NCBI GenBank assembly: GCA_001179505.1
Contig: CDMY01000346.1
Coordinates: forward strand, 1-64,000
Reading direction: 5' to 3'
DNA length: 64,000 nucleotides
From: Vitrella brassicaformis CCMP3155
Taxonomy: Eukaryota > Protista > Chromerida
Below are positions 1 through 12,532 of the stretch, one piece after another (within the stretch, counting starts at the first letter, position 1; each line of letters begins with the position of its first letter). The translations under genes were made by a program, and so were the position numbers. A model generated the notes under the pieces. The model searched no databases. It saw only the letters and a program-made list of their open reading frames with translations, and was not told the DNA's origin.

Positions 1-569
1 TGCGCACTCCGGCAGGTCGCAGCGGGCGGCACCGAAGTCCAGCAGCTTGGCTTCAGTCACCGCCGGGACCGTCACCCTGAAGCCGTCGGGGCTCCACCTC
101 CTTCCAGGCTCGTGCTGATGCCGACGTTCTCGAGCTTGACATCAAGATGGAAGAGTCCTCTGATTGACAAAGACACACAATGCCATAATGTGTGTCGGGT
201 AGTGTGTGTCGGGTGGTGCGGGTATTTGGGTGGCCTACAGCCGGTGCATGTGCGATGTGCCGCACAGGACGCTGCAGCTGATTATGATGACCTCATCCAT
301 GCCTATGGGCACCCCCAGACGCAGCCTGAACGCCACACCACACCACCACACAAAGATAGCTGTGTGTGTGTGCGTGTGTCTGTGTGGGTGGCGGGGGGGG
401 GTTATGTGTTGGTACCTGTCTTCGAGGAAGCGGAGGAGGTCTTTGCCGAGCACGAACTCGCCAATGAGGAAGGCGTGGTCTGCTTTCCAGGCCATGGCGT
501 AGGAGTGAGCGGTCCATGGAGACATGGACCGCCGCTGGGCAGTGAACTCCTCCTTCGCCTACTCACACA

Positions 570-600
<31 letters not shown>

Positions 601-770
601 TTACACACTGTATGTAAGCTTGCGTGGCTCGCCCCCCGTGCAGCCAGTCAGTGGGTACCTCACTCACCCGTTGGATGAGGTATGGTGTGTGGTTCAGGTA
701 CTGAGCCTTGCTGAGCAGCTTGACCACAACCACGTCGCAGCAGTCATGCCACACCTCGTCGACGGCCACC
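1..770 (-). pseudogene. Degenerate Ser/Thr kinase copy A (runs off the window start)
   Basis: Exons read VVVKLLSKAQY..YLIQR, AKEEFTAQRRSMSPW..HAFLIGEFVLGKD, LFHLDVKLENVG and KLLDFGAARCD. The HLDVK and LDFG segments are in different frames (about a 1-nt deletion near 95-105). Confidence 0.75.
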
Positions 771-1180
771 TCCGTGCCGTCGACACTCCACTTTGTCTCC
801 TGCGGAGTGCTGACGCCAACATTCTCAGTCTTCGACAAAGACACACAATGCCATGTTGAGTGTCGGATTGCGTCAGGATTTGAGTGGCCTACAGGGTGCG
901 GTACATGTGCTGTCTTGCGCACAGGACGCTGAAGTGGATCGTCGTGACCTCCTCCATGTCCAGTGGCCCACCAAGGCGCAACCTGAACACCGCACAACAG
1001 ACAGATAGCTGTGGGGGGGAGGGGGGGGGGTATGTGATGTGTGTGAAGGGAGTCATTGATATCCTTGTCGAGGACGAACTCAACAACGAGGAAGGCATGG
1101 TCCTTATTGTGGTCCAACGCGTTCGCATGCGAAGTCCACGGACACGGGCCCGTCGCTGTGTCGTCAACTCCTCCTTCGCC
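770..1180 (-). pseudogene. Truncated, frameshifted kinase copy B
   Basis: Paralogous to copy A (AKEELTTQRR / HAFLVVEFVLDKD). It has 8 nt where copy A has 9 nt before the shared Trp (about 1140-1147). The acceptor and HLDVK motif are deleted, and it joins in frame to the N-lobe exon of copy A. Confidence 0.7.
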
Positions 1181-1443
1181 TACTCACATACACATACACA
1201 CATGTACGTCTCATTCGGACGATAGAGGCTGGTGATTAGGGAGTATGAGTAGCTTACCGATCAAGCAAAATGCCGTGGGTTGTGCAATGGTCGCGGCGAT
1301 AGGATGAGACATGCGAATATAAGATGTAGGCGGCGATGTATAGGCTGAGACACACCCCCAAAACAATCGGCAGGAAAATATCAGAACGTGTCTCGCGTAC
1401 TTGTGAGTGTAGTCGCTCAGCGGACCTACCGATAATGCGCCGG

Positions 1444-3200
1444 TCACTGGCTGTGCTCTTCAGGTGGTTGCGGCGAGGAATGGGACATGCGAATATAAAA
1501 TGTAGGCGGCGATTCGTGGGCTGAGACACACATCCAAAACGATCGGCGGGAGTGCTGCTGCCCCTGCTGGTGTCTAGGAGGGACCTCTGCTGGTGTCTGG
1601 AAAGCGGGCGGAGGCAGGGAGATTTCGCCATAGTTGGGCTCGACGGTGAGCCAGTGCAGGGCTCCCTGCTGGCCGGGGAGTCGGGACTGCTGCTCGAGGA
1701 AGTTGATACACATGTGATGCAGCGCAGCGTCCTCCGACGATCGCTGGTCGCACGCACGATGGAAAATCTCACACAACACCTGAACACACACATACACACA
1801 CACCCGATGAACACACGTTTGCAGGCACCCGCTCACCCATTCACCTACCTTGTCGGGCGTCGGACGATTGGCGGGATTGACCTGCAGGAGGCGTCGCGCG
1901 AACCCCATGAGGGCCCTGAACGCCGGCAGCTCAGCTACCTCCTTGCACTGCGTCATCACCGTCTGGATCTCCTTATCCACCACGGACTGGATGTACTGGT
2001 CCGACAGCTCCCGATGCATGGAGAGGTGGTCGTCCAAGTCCAACCCCAACAATTGATTCTGACGGACCACACACACACACACACACATACATCCATGCGC
2101 ACACAGAGAGGTGAGGTGTGGCGGTCTGCGTTTGGTATGGCGTGCACATGCGTACCAAGTTGAATCGACCGAGTTCTATGAGGTCTGGTCTGTCGTCGAT
2201 GAACTTGGTCCACGCGAGGAGGTCCAGGAGGGTGAACCCGAGGGCCCACGCGTCGCCCTTGGCCGGCAGCTCTGCCCCGGTCCGCGACTCGGGCGCCATC
2301 ATGCCTGGGATGCCACAGATGAGTGGATTCTTGCTGCACAGACACAGACAGAGGGAACGGGTGAGTGTGTGTGTGTGTGTGGGGTTGTGGTCATGTGTGG
2401 TTGTGCGAATCACACTCACTTGAGCTTGTCACATTTGGACCCGCCGTAGTCGATGATCTTGGCGCCCGCCACACGCGGATAACGTACGGCCCTGCCGTCC
2501 TGGTCGGGCTTGGTGTCCATCGCCTCTTCGATGAGTAGGTTCTCGGCCTTGAAATCGCGGTGGTAGCTAGAGCTGAGAGACGCAGACACAAACAATGTGA
2601 CGTGTGTGGTGTGGCGGGTGTGTATGTGTCTATGTGTTTGTCTTGCGTACTGGTTGCGATGCATGTTGTCTAAGGCGAAGGCGCTGCTAAGGAACACATC
2701 GAAACACTCCTGCACGGCCAGTGGGCACCACAGGGCCAGCCTGGGAGCACACCCAAACAACACACACACACACAAGACACACGCACAGACATATGTCACG
2801 TGTGTGTATGGGTCTGTCTGTATGTGCGCACCTCCGCTTGATGAAGAGCCCGAGATGTTGTCCCATCACGTAGTCCATCACTATGAAGGCGTGTGTGTTG
2901 GTGGGGTACATCTGGTGGGCTGTCGGGGTCCACGGGCTCCTCACCCACCTCATGACGGTGTACTCGTTGCGAGCCTGACAAACATGAACCGACAGACGGA
3001 TGTGTACCCCGCTTCCACACCCATGCAATGCAGTCGCTGACCCGCTGGGTCAGGTAGGCGATGGAGTCCTCGTACGTTTCTTTCGCCAGTGCCTTCACAG
3101 CCACGACCGGGAGGTTCTTCCACGGCACTGTCGACGACGGGGCGTCGGGTCGTCTTACGAACAACTGCAGGAAGCCGTAGCCGCCCTCACCGAGGACCTT
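1444..3200 (-). CDS. Ser/Thr protein kinase, multi-exon (5' end unresolved)
   Basis: VLGEGGYG, VVAVK, HRDFKAEN, KIIDYG, GIPGMMAPE, DAWALG and LLQVNPANRPT occur in order across GT-AG introns. Confidence 0.85.
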
Positions 3201-4307
3201 CTGCAACACCACACACCGCAGACGGTCACGCATTGCACGTGTTGAGTTCATGACAGTGAACGTGTTGGCTGACGCGCTTACAGCAGGGGTGTGCGTCGCG
3301 AGGAGCGTCGGTGGCTACTGGATGCCAGTCGCGGGCCTCTCAGCCAGCGGGTGGGTGCGAGCCTCACAGGGAAGACGAGGGAGGCGAACGGAGGGGCGGA
3401 GAGAGGCTTTCGGGACTGTAAGTAGCCATCCGATATGTGTTTGTCCTGTCACGATGAAGAAATTTGGGTTGCCGTCTCCGATCTCGACGTTGCGATCTTG
3501 CAGACAATTGGGACCGCCTTTTCTCTTGCAGGAAGGGCCTCCAGCAGCTGGCGACAGATGGACCGGCTGGGCGTACTGCCGTTTCCTGCAACAGTTGGGC
3601 CGCCCTGATGCGCGCAATGCCCGTGTGCCCGTCCGCCGCCCATATGTGGCCCAGCACCCTGATTCAACACATGGATGCACACACGCGTGGACTTCCTTCG
3701 TGTAGCTCTTGCTTACCGTGCTTCATTGACGACGCTGACGAGCTTCTGTTCCCCTCATCTGCCGCCATCCCACTCGCTGTCGAAAATGAACTGAGACAAC
3801 GGCGTGAGATGGACTCCCTGGTGGAGAGAGATGCAACACATCATGCAAGAGACGAATGCCATTGCTTGCTGTAGCCTTCGCGTCTTCGGGCTGGATGGAG
3901 GGAGCCCCGGAGAAAAGATGGACAGGGAAGAGCGACTGTTGTGCAAATGGAGTCGTACAGGGGCGGAGGGAGGGATTCACGACAACGATACGTGTTTTTC
4001 CCTCTCGGATGAATTTTGAGGCGTCTCCGCTTTTTCTCGACGATCCAATCTCCCTTTGGGACAGAACAATTGGGACCACAGAAAGCTGAAACGGCGCCCC
4101 TCCCTCCGTGATGGCATCCCCTCAGCCCCAGGAGGTGTATGTCCAACAATAGGCACCGCCCGTCGTTCAGCCTCAGGCGGTGTATGGCCAGCCACAGGGA
4201 CAGCTCGTCGTCCAACAGCTTTCCCCCGCCACAGTGTTGGGAGCTTGTCGTTCATGACGTCTGCCTATTCTTGACCCATTCCTCTGTCTGGTCATTGCCG
4301 ATTTCCT

Positions 4308-7300
4308 CTACAGGTGGTGACCATCATTGGGTCCAGCAGCCCACCTTGTGTGGTGTTTGCCTCGCCGTTTGGTGTTTTCCTTGGGGTAGGTAGCAACACT
4401 CACCGGAATGAATGGGTGTGTCGCAATCTGCAGGAATACTCTGCTGTATGCTGATGATGGAGTACCGCTGCAGCAAATGTGGACAATTCCAGCCTGAGAA
4501 TTCTCCCCAAAATTGATGTGAAAACTGTGGCGGACACAATCGAGGCTTTTACTTATCCGTAGACAAATAGTGTTGACACGGGTGCATGTACGAAGTGACA
4601 TGTGATTGTGTTGTGTCAGTATGCCAGGCCGAGGACACATCACTCTTAGTCTCTTGTCTGCCTGATTACTCTGACTCCTTTCGGTCTGGCTTCGTGCACA
4701 CACAGACCGGAGGGCCCCATGCATGGCCAGCCTGACAGACACGAAGAATTGGGATGAAAAATCCTCGTAGGCGCTGCTGATGTGTTCGCTTACAGCGTTG
4801 GTCGCACCCAGCCTGATGGCATAAAAGCTGTTCTCTGTCAGCTGCCCAAATCGCAAAGTCGCCCCCCTCATCGCATCCATCGAGTCACTGAGGTCAATCG
4901 GCCGCTCAGACAGCAGCCCCCCCGTGTCTCTGGCCGTCGCAGCATCCAGCTTCTCTACCAGCAGCTTGGTCGACGGGACCACCATGCCGTCTCGTGTGGA
5001 GTCGCCGCGCTGTGGGCTGCGGTTCCTTATCCAGTCGTCACAATCGAGGATCTGGTTGCGGACATCAGGATGGAGCGAGACATGGATGTGTGGATGTGAG
5101 GTCTCTTTGTGACTGCCGCTTGCCTGCATGACGAGTGCGAGGACCTGCGGCCTTGTCTTCTCGAACTGAGAGATCGTGCCTACAAAAAAGGAGCGGAAGA
5201 CCTTTGGCCATAGCACATTGAGTCGGTATGTGATCCCACATATGAAGGAGTGTGGGTCGTTGGACGCGACCTTCTCCAGCTGCAAGTCCTCACCCGGTGC
5301 AGCTGCCGACAGCGCAGTGACAGAACAGATGCCCAATATGTGTCTCAATCCCTCCTTCCAGATGGATGCTCACTTTCTCCCAGCAATGGAAGCAGGTCAG
5401 CGTGTCCCAGTTCCATGGCTATGCTGTACGGGTCCAACCGATAACTCTGGAGCAGGCAGACATAAACGCATGATCGAGAAACCTTTTCTTGCTCCTTTTG
5501 TTGTTGGCGCACCTCTGCGTCCTGTGGGAAGGCGTTCAACGCCGTCAACAGCTGAAACAAGACAGAAAGGGATGCCCCATTTATTGTCAGCCGGCATATA
5601 CCCGTCTAGGCAGCCACCTTGGTGACAGCGATGGTTCCACCGAGGCAGGCCCGCTGCAGCGCCTGAAGCCCGTACTGATCAATGACATGGAAGGCCGCGC
5701 TGTCGTGGGTGAGGAAGACATTGACGCACTCGGCGTGGTTCTGGCTGATAGCACACGACAGGGGGATGTTCTTGTCGTTGTCCTGGACGTCCACACTTGC
5801 ACCAGCATCCAACAACGCCTGCACACATCCACGACAGGACGCACGTACGATCCAGTGACGTCTACTGCTTCGACTCAGCGACCGACCTGGCAGGCCTTGG
5901 CGCGTCCCTTGTATGCCGCTCTGTGTAAAGCCGTCTGCCCCCTTTCATTGATGGCATTGACCTGGCAGAGCGGCTTGGCCTTGATGGCCGCCACCACACT
6001 GGCAGCACTGCCCCGAGACGAGTGAGAACTCGACGCAGAGGAGCGGCTGCCCGGGCGAGGCTGGCGGCTGGGGGAACGGCCGGGGGAAAGCGGCGATACG
6101 GGACTCGTCTGCAGCAGCATCTGCACAACCTCTGTGTCACCACTGTATGGATGATCGGCACAGACAGACAGACAGACAGACACACGCCCAGTGGTAAGCT
6201 GTCGTATGAATTGCTTTGCTGGGTTACATTTCTGCAGCTGCGTGTAGGGGTGTGTTTCTGAGATGGCCAGCAACATTAGGGTTGCAGCTGTGGCAAAGTA
6301 GCCGCTCCACCAGTGGCGCTGACCGCCGCCTCACGGCCAGATGAAGGGCCGTCTCGTCCATCTGAAATGTACCCCTTCATCCAGCCAGCTTATCTGCGCC
6401 TATGTTGCGTGCGGAAGTATGTGCATACGTACTTTTGTTCGGGCGTTCTTGACATTGAATGATGCGTTGAGGAGCAGCAACTCAGCCACCTCCCTCTGCC
6501 CATGCAGCACCGCCGAGTGCAAAGGTGTGCGGCCACCATTGTCCGTCAGATCCAGCTTGGCGCCGTGCTCCAGCAGCGTCGCCGCCACATCCAGCTCGCC
6601 CAGCTCCGCTGCGAAATGGAGGGGCGTGCGGCCCTTGGGGTCACGCATCTCGATCTTCGCGTAACCTCTGCATGGACAAGCAAAGTGAGCAGGAGACACG
6701 TGGTTGCGGTGGTAATGAGGCTGGTTGCCTGATGAGTGTGAAGCAAGTCTTGACATTTGCCTTGAAGGTTGCGTGGTGCAGCGGCGCCATCCCCTCTGCA
6801 TCCGGTGTGTCCAGGAAGGCCGAACCCCCATGCTCCAGCAACAGATCGAGACACGCCAACCTCTGTCAGTCACACAAACCATCACCTCAGTGTCGGTAGC
6901 TTCAGGCAGCCACTACCTCGGTCGAACAGGCGATGTGGATTGGCGTGTATCCATTGAGTCTGACATTAATGGAGGCATTGGCATGGAGCAGTGTCCGCAG
7001 GACGTTCACATTGCCCCTCTCGATCGCGAGGATGAGCGCCGTCGCCCCGCGGTGATCCTTCGCCTCCAGGTTCGCTCCGCCCTCTATCAGGTGGTTGACC
7101 ACTCGCGAGCTGCCCTCAAGCACGCCAAGATGGAGCGCGGTGCGCCCACGCTTTACATAGACACATATAGTCACGAGCATATACACTGAAGGAAGATGGT
7201 CATTTCTTTGTCACCTGGTCCCTTGCTTCCAGGTCAGCTTTGAGTTCGAGCAGTGCCCGGCAGGTCTCGATCTGCCCGGCGGCCGTCGCCAGGTGCAAAG

Positions 7301-8208
7301 CCGTCTTCTCTGATGGATGGTCAAAGAGACATATGTCACTGACACCAATCGGTAGGTATGTGCACATACTTTCCTTGTCCTGTGCATTGACGTCTGTTCC
7401 GAGCCGCTGCAGCTCGATGATGATGTCTCGGTGGCCACACGACGCCTAACACACAAAAATGACAAACGGGAAGTCCTGTACATGTGCCTGTCTCACTGCA
7501 GACATTCAGACATACCGCCCAGTGCAGTGCCGTTCTCCCATATCTGTCGAGTGACGTCACATCTGCGCCCTGCTTGACCAGACTGTCAGATTACACACAG
7601 ACACACAGAGCACGGGAGCGCCACTTGCTCGTCGTCCATGCATCTCACAGCAGTATCTGTGGCAGCAGCCCAACCCCAGCCAAATCATGCCTGCAGACAA
7701 CACAACCACCAGAGACCAATGCCGACATCCTCTCTGTGTCTTACAGGGCGCTTGTCGCAGCTTCCTCCTTGGCCCCCTCTCTCGCCTTGGTATCTGCCTG
7801 CACAACACACGAGAGAACTGCTGCCAGACACTCACTGGCTGTTGGTTGGTCAGTCACCTTGAAGACAACACCGAGGAACTTCGCCAGCGGTGACGGGGCT
7901 GCAGATCCGTCGCTGCCCTTGTCCTGGGGTGCGCCCTCATCGGCCTGCTTGCCCTCCTCATCTCCAACACCAACATCGCCTTCCTTGCCAGCCCCGGGCC
8001 GTATGTCAGAGAAGAAAACACTCAGCCGCGCCTTTGCAGTGGCGGCTGTCTTGTCGCCCTTGAGAGGGATGAACAGCTCGGACCTCTCTCCTTCCACCGG
8101 GGTCGCCATCAGCACCCACGGTGCGAGCTTAGTACGCAGGAGTCGCGATCTTCGCTTCTTTAAAGAGGATCTGTCAGTCATTAGTGGTTGGTCGTTGTAG
8201 AGAGGCAT
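4308..8208 (-). CDS. Large ankyrin-repeat protein with a possible C-terminal FN3-like segment (ends approximate)
   Basis: About ten ankyrin repeats (GRTALHWA, KTALHLA, GRTALHLG, GMAPLHHA, GRTPLHFA, GRTPLHSA, GQTALHRA) in spliced exons. The last large exon contains FGQLTENSFYAIRLGATNAV. Confidence 0.85.
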
Positions 8209-9461
8209 GCTCGCCCGCGGCGTGTCGGCGTGCGTGAGAAAGATCAGCCCCGGGGCCTCCTCGCTGCTGCTGAGCGGCGGGAGGGCAACACAGAGCAGCG
8301 CCCCGCCCCTACCACACGCCCATCGCACATACAACTACTGGTCAGCATTTTGATGTCACATCGATGCTGCTGTCACATCTTCATTTCTATGTGTGTGTGT
8401 GTGGTTGTGTGTTGGTGCATCCATTCTCATTCAGGGCGAACCAGAAGTTGACCAGGTATGACAACACGGAGACTAAGGCGTGGAAGGAGCAGTTCGCAAA
8501 CCTCGGCAAATACACTGATGACGGTAAAGAGAAGGTGGGGTGGATAGATGCACACACACGGCACGAGTGTGTTGTGTTCGGCCTGTCCGTGTTGCTTTCA
8601 GAGTTGACGGCGTGGCGCAATGCATTTGATCAGGTTTGTGTGCTGAATGAATGCACACCGGGACGGGATCATGCCTGTCCGTGTGTGATTGGTTCGCTCA
8701 TTCATTCATCCATCCCTCCGTCAGTTCGACCCCGATCACGACGGCTACATCAGCCAGGCGGACCTGCAGAAGTTCCCCACCTTCACTGTCGAAAAGGCGC
8801 ATCTCATCAAAGGTGGGCCGGGCCACACAGACAGGCCGGGCCACACAGACAAAGGAACAAACAAAGAGGCAGCCATGTGCTGCATACATGATTGTGCATG
8901 CGTCGTGCAGACTACGATCGGGACCGAAACAATCTGATCGGTACTCACGGACGCCCCCGGCAGCCATCGACACGAGCAGTCCCTCCATTTGCCGGATGTG
9001 TGTGCAGATTTTGGCGAGTTTGTGGACGCCATGTTTGCGGTAGACGTGCAGAGCCTCAAGCTCGACTTCAGCGGATTCGACAGCGTCGACATACAGCTGG
9101 AGTTCGACAAATACGCCGTGCAGGTAGGTGCTCATCGATGAGCGGCGACGAATGCATTCATTATGGCGCGTGAGTGCATGGATTCTTCAATCAGGATTTG
9201 GACAGCGGTGGCCGCAAGCACATATCGCTGGATGGCGTCAAGAGCCTGATGAACGAGAAGGAGTTCACCGTGGTGACCGACAGCGATGCCCACCAGCTCA
9301 TGGCCAATATGGACGTCTCCAAGGACGGTGTTATCGACATTGACGACTTCAAAAACGTAACTAGTTGACAGCAAGGCACAGAGGAAAGAGAGATGAGCAT
9401 CGCACCCTCTCTACCCTCTGTGTGTGTGTTGTGTGTGCAGTGGATCACGGCCAAGGCATGA
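8207..9461 (+). CDS. EF-hand Ca-binding protein with a mitochondrial-type presequence
   Basis: The spliced frame reads MLARGVSACVRKISPG..RTYNYWANQKLTRY. EF loops are FDPDHDGYISQAD, DYDRDRNNLI-DFGEF and MDVSKDGVIDIDDF. TGA at 9459-9461. Confidence 0.8.
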
Positions 9462-10331
9462 CAGAGGGGGATGAGCAGCAGAGCAGAGCACCCAGCTAGA
9501 TGAAGGGCCGTACAGGTCACAGTACACCAGCCACTCGCTTGCTGAGTAGGGAGGGATGGGGAACGCGAGAGGAAGAGTGCGATTCTCGTGTGTCGGAGCG
9601 CTCACCGTGTATGTGTGTTTGTATGTTGCTGACTCTATAGCGAGGGAGGGCCAGATGGATAGAGAGAGAAGACGCGATCCTTCGGCTGCGGTTGTGATGT
9701 GGTGTGTCTTGTACGAGCCTGTCCTGTCTGGCTGTGTGGTGCCTGTCATACGCCGTGTCGTTAGCTGTACAGTACGTACCTCACTGACTGCTCACGCACT
9801 TACTTTCATGTGTGGATGGATGCCGTGTGCTCTGTAGCTGGCGACGGGGATTCTCTCTGTGCTGCATGTAATGCCATTCAATTCACGAAATTTGTGGCAC
9901 CGAACCCTTGACCCCACAAACCCAGAGGTTTGGTAACCATCGCAGGTGTCATCCTTTCTGTTGATGGATTTGAGGCACTGGATCTGAGTCTGTGTCAACC
10001 GGATATCAAGAGAACGATCGAAGATTAGCTCAACAGGGTCATTCGATCAGACAGAGAACGACTCACGTCATATCGTGATTCGGCGTTTATATGGGCTTCA
10101 GAGCTTCAGTGGCTGAAATCATCAAGCAGGTGCGAGGGGGGAGCTTCACATAGGCACAGAGGGAGGCGACAAGCATCGATGGGTATCTCACATCTGGGTG
10201 TGTGTCTTGTGGCCGTTCCTGTGCAGATGAACGCTTGTTGAGGCCGCAACACCCCCCAGAACAAAAAGCGTCGGTTTTCCCCTCACCTCTCTGCTCACAT
10301 TGGGATCTTCGGTGCATTCACTCCCGCAGCG

Positions 10332-12449
10332 ATGGGCAACCGTGTTGGGGTTGACCTGGGTGGCTACATGGCCACCGTAGCAGTCGTCATCGACCCGCAG
10401 ACCCCTGCAGGCGAAGACAGCCGCAGCGGCCCTTCACGCTCGTCCACCTTCTCACAGCCAGATGACGAATCGCCCACTCACGCCACGCAGGATGGCGTCC
10501 CCCTTCCCCTTGTGGACAGCTTCGTGTCGCCCGAGTACGGCGAGTTCCGCTTCTTTGATTTCCTGATCAACGAGGCGGAGTCGTTCAGGGCGACCGAGAG
10601 GGGTCGGTACTTCTGCGAGGAAATTGTCAAGGCGAGGGGGGTGGCTGCGTGCACGGGAGCTGGGGCTGTCAAGTGGAAGAGGGAGATCGAGGCCATGTGG
10701 GACGTCAAAGTGGATGTTCACAGGGAGATTCCGTGCATACTCGCAGGTGGGCTATGGGAATCGTGTGTGTAGGGAGGAAACCATCCATCGCCGACCGCTG
10801 CTTTTGTTCTCCTGTTACAGGAATTGACCTGGTTCTGGGTTGCGTCCCTGACGCGTGCTTCCGTTTCGTCCACAGACCGACGGGAGGCAGCCCCCTCGAA
10901 CAGTCCATCCCCTCCTCGCCAGAGGGCGGCGCGTCCCCAGGGAGCAGTCCCCCACGCCGCCAGCACGTGCTTCAAGTCATCACACCGAAAGATGCCGAAC
11001 CAGGCGCTCAGCCATCGTCACCCCCCCGCCAGTCTTCGCATCTCTTGCACCCGACCGCCGAGCGGCCGGAGCAGCGGCCGTCAGCACTGGGTGTTCGACG
11101 AGCCAGCCTGCACACGCCCATCGTGCCGCCCTCTCGATCGGAGAGGGTCACCCCATTGTCTTCGCCCCTCCCGCCCATCCCCATCAGTGAGGCGCGGCTG
11201 CTCAACCAGGCCAGGAGGGGCCGGGGGCTGCTGCACAAGGGGCACGAGAAGAGGAGAAGACGGTCGTCGGCACCGGCGAACGCCTACCTCAGCGAGCCGG
11301 ACCGACGGTCGTCAGGCGACGATGAATCGCTGCCTTCCCCGATGCTGCCTCCGCTGGCGGAAGGCGCGCAGCCTACCTCTTCCCCGAGGCCTGCTCCCTC
11401 TCCCTCTGCGTGTGTGCGGCATTCCTCCCCGCCCACAGGGGCCAGGTCGACGAAGCGGCGGCCGTCGACTACAGCGTCAATCTACTTCCAGGAGTTCCTG
11501 CAGCCGGAACAGCTGCGCAATGGCATCGGCAACGGCGGCAGCAACAGGGGTTTTTATCCGTTCCTGTTGGTCAACTTCAAGGCGGGTGTGTCGTTCCACT
11601 TCGTCAAGGCGCCCAACGAGAGCTATCGTATCGGTGGGTCCACACTGGGAGGCGGCACGCTCATGGGGCTCAACAGGATGCTCAACGAGGAGGTGAAGCG
11701 GCCCGAGGAAGCTGTGCTCAAGGCAAGCGAAGGTGAGATGGAATGGCCAGACTGTGAGGGACGCACCACCGAATGTCGATCGATGTCAGGTGACAACTCC
11801 AATGTCGACATGCTGGTGGGTGACATATACGGCGGTGACTACGACGCCATCTCCCTCCCAAAGGACCTCATCGCCTCGTCGTTCGGCAAGTGTCAGCGGC
11901 TCTCACATCCCCACATAGTGCCCGGCACACAGTCGACCGATCGCTTCATGGAGGCGGAGGGCCTGTCGGGCAGTGAGGCAGAGGACGAGGAACAACCTGT
12001 CGGTGAGAACGACATCTCTCGCGCCCTTCTGACCATGGTACGGTGCGCTAGCTCATCAAAGGAGCACTCACTCTCTACGACTCTACGTGGGTATGTGGGT
12101 GTAGGTGGCTTTCAATGTGACGCAGCTGGCGTACTTCAACTCGGTGATCTACCAGTGCGACCGTCTGGTGTTTGTGGGTTACTACTTCAAGGATTTCGAG
12201 TTCTTGGCGGCGCTGCAGCACTCCCTCTCCTACTGGAGCGACAACACCAAGGAGGCCATCTTCTTCAAACAAGCGCACTGGCTGGGGGCCATCGGCGCCA
12301 TGGTCAAGGGCTGCAGGGGCCAGCGCACCAAGGAATGGAGCAAAGAGGAGCTGGAGACGGTCGCTGCAGCCATGGCGAATACTATTGAGGGCTTTCCAAC
12401 CATCCCTCGGCAACATGACGAGGACAGCAGAGAGGGTGAGGGCTTGTAG
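10332..12449 (+). CDS. PANK: Type II (eukaryotic) pantothenate kinase with divergent motifs and a low-complexity insert
   Basis: VDLGG, TGAGAVK, YPFLLVN..GVS, RIGGSTLGGGT, VDMLVGDIYGGDY, IASSFGK and WLGAIGA. Confidence 0.92.
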
Positions 12450-12532
12450 GGGGCAGGGCGTGTGTTTGTGAATCAGCGAGGCGTGCTGTTTTCTAAGCGA
12501 TCAGAGGGATGAGATGAGATGAGCACGTTTAT

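Noticed and set aside
9840-10200. AT-richer, microsatellite-free island before PanK
   Set aside because: All frames examined have stops, and I found no terminal repeats or RNA-gene structure.
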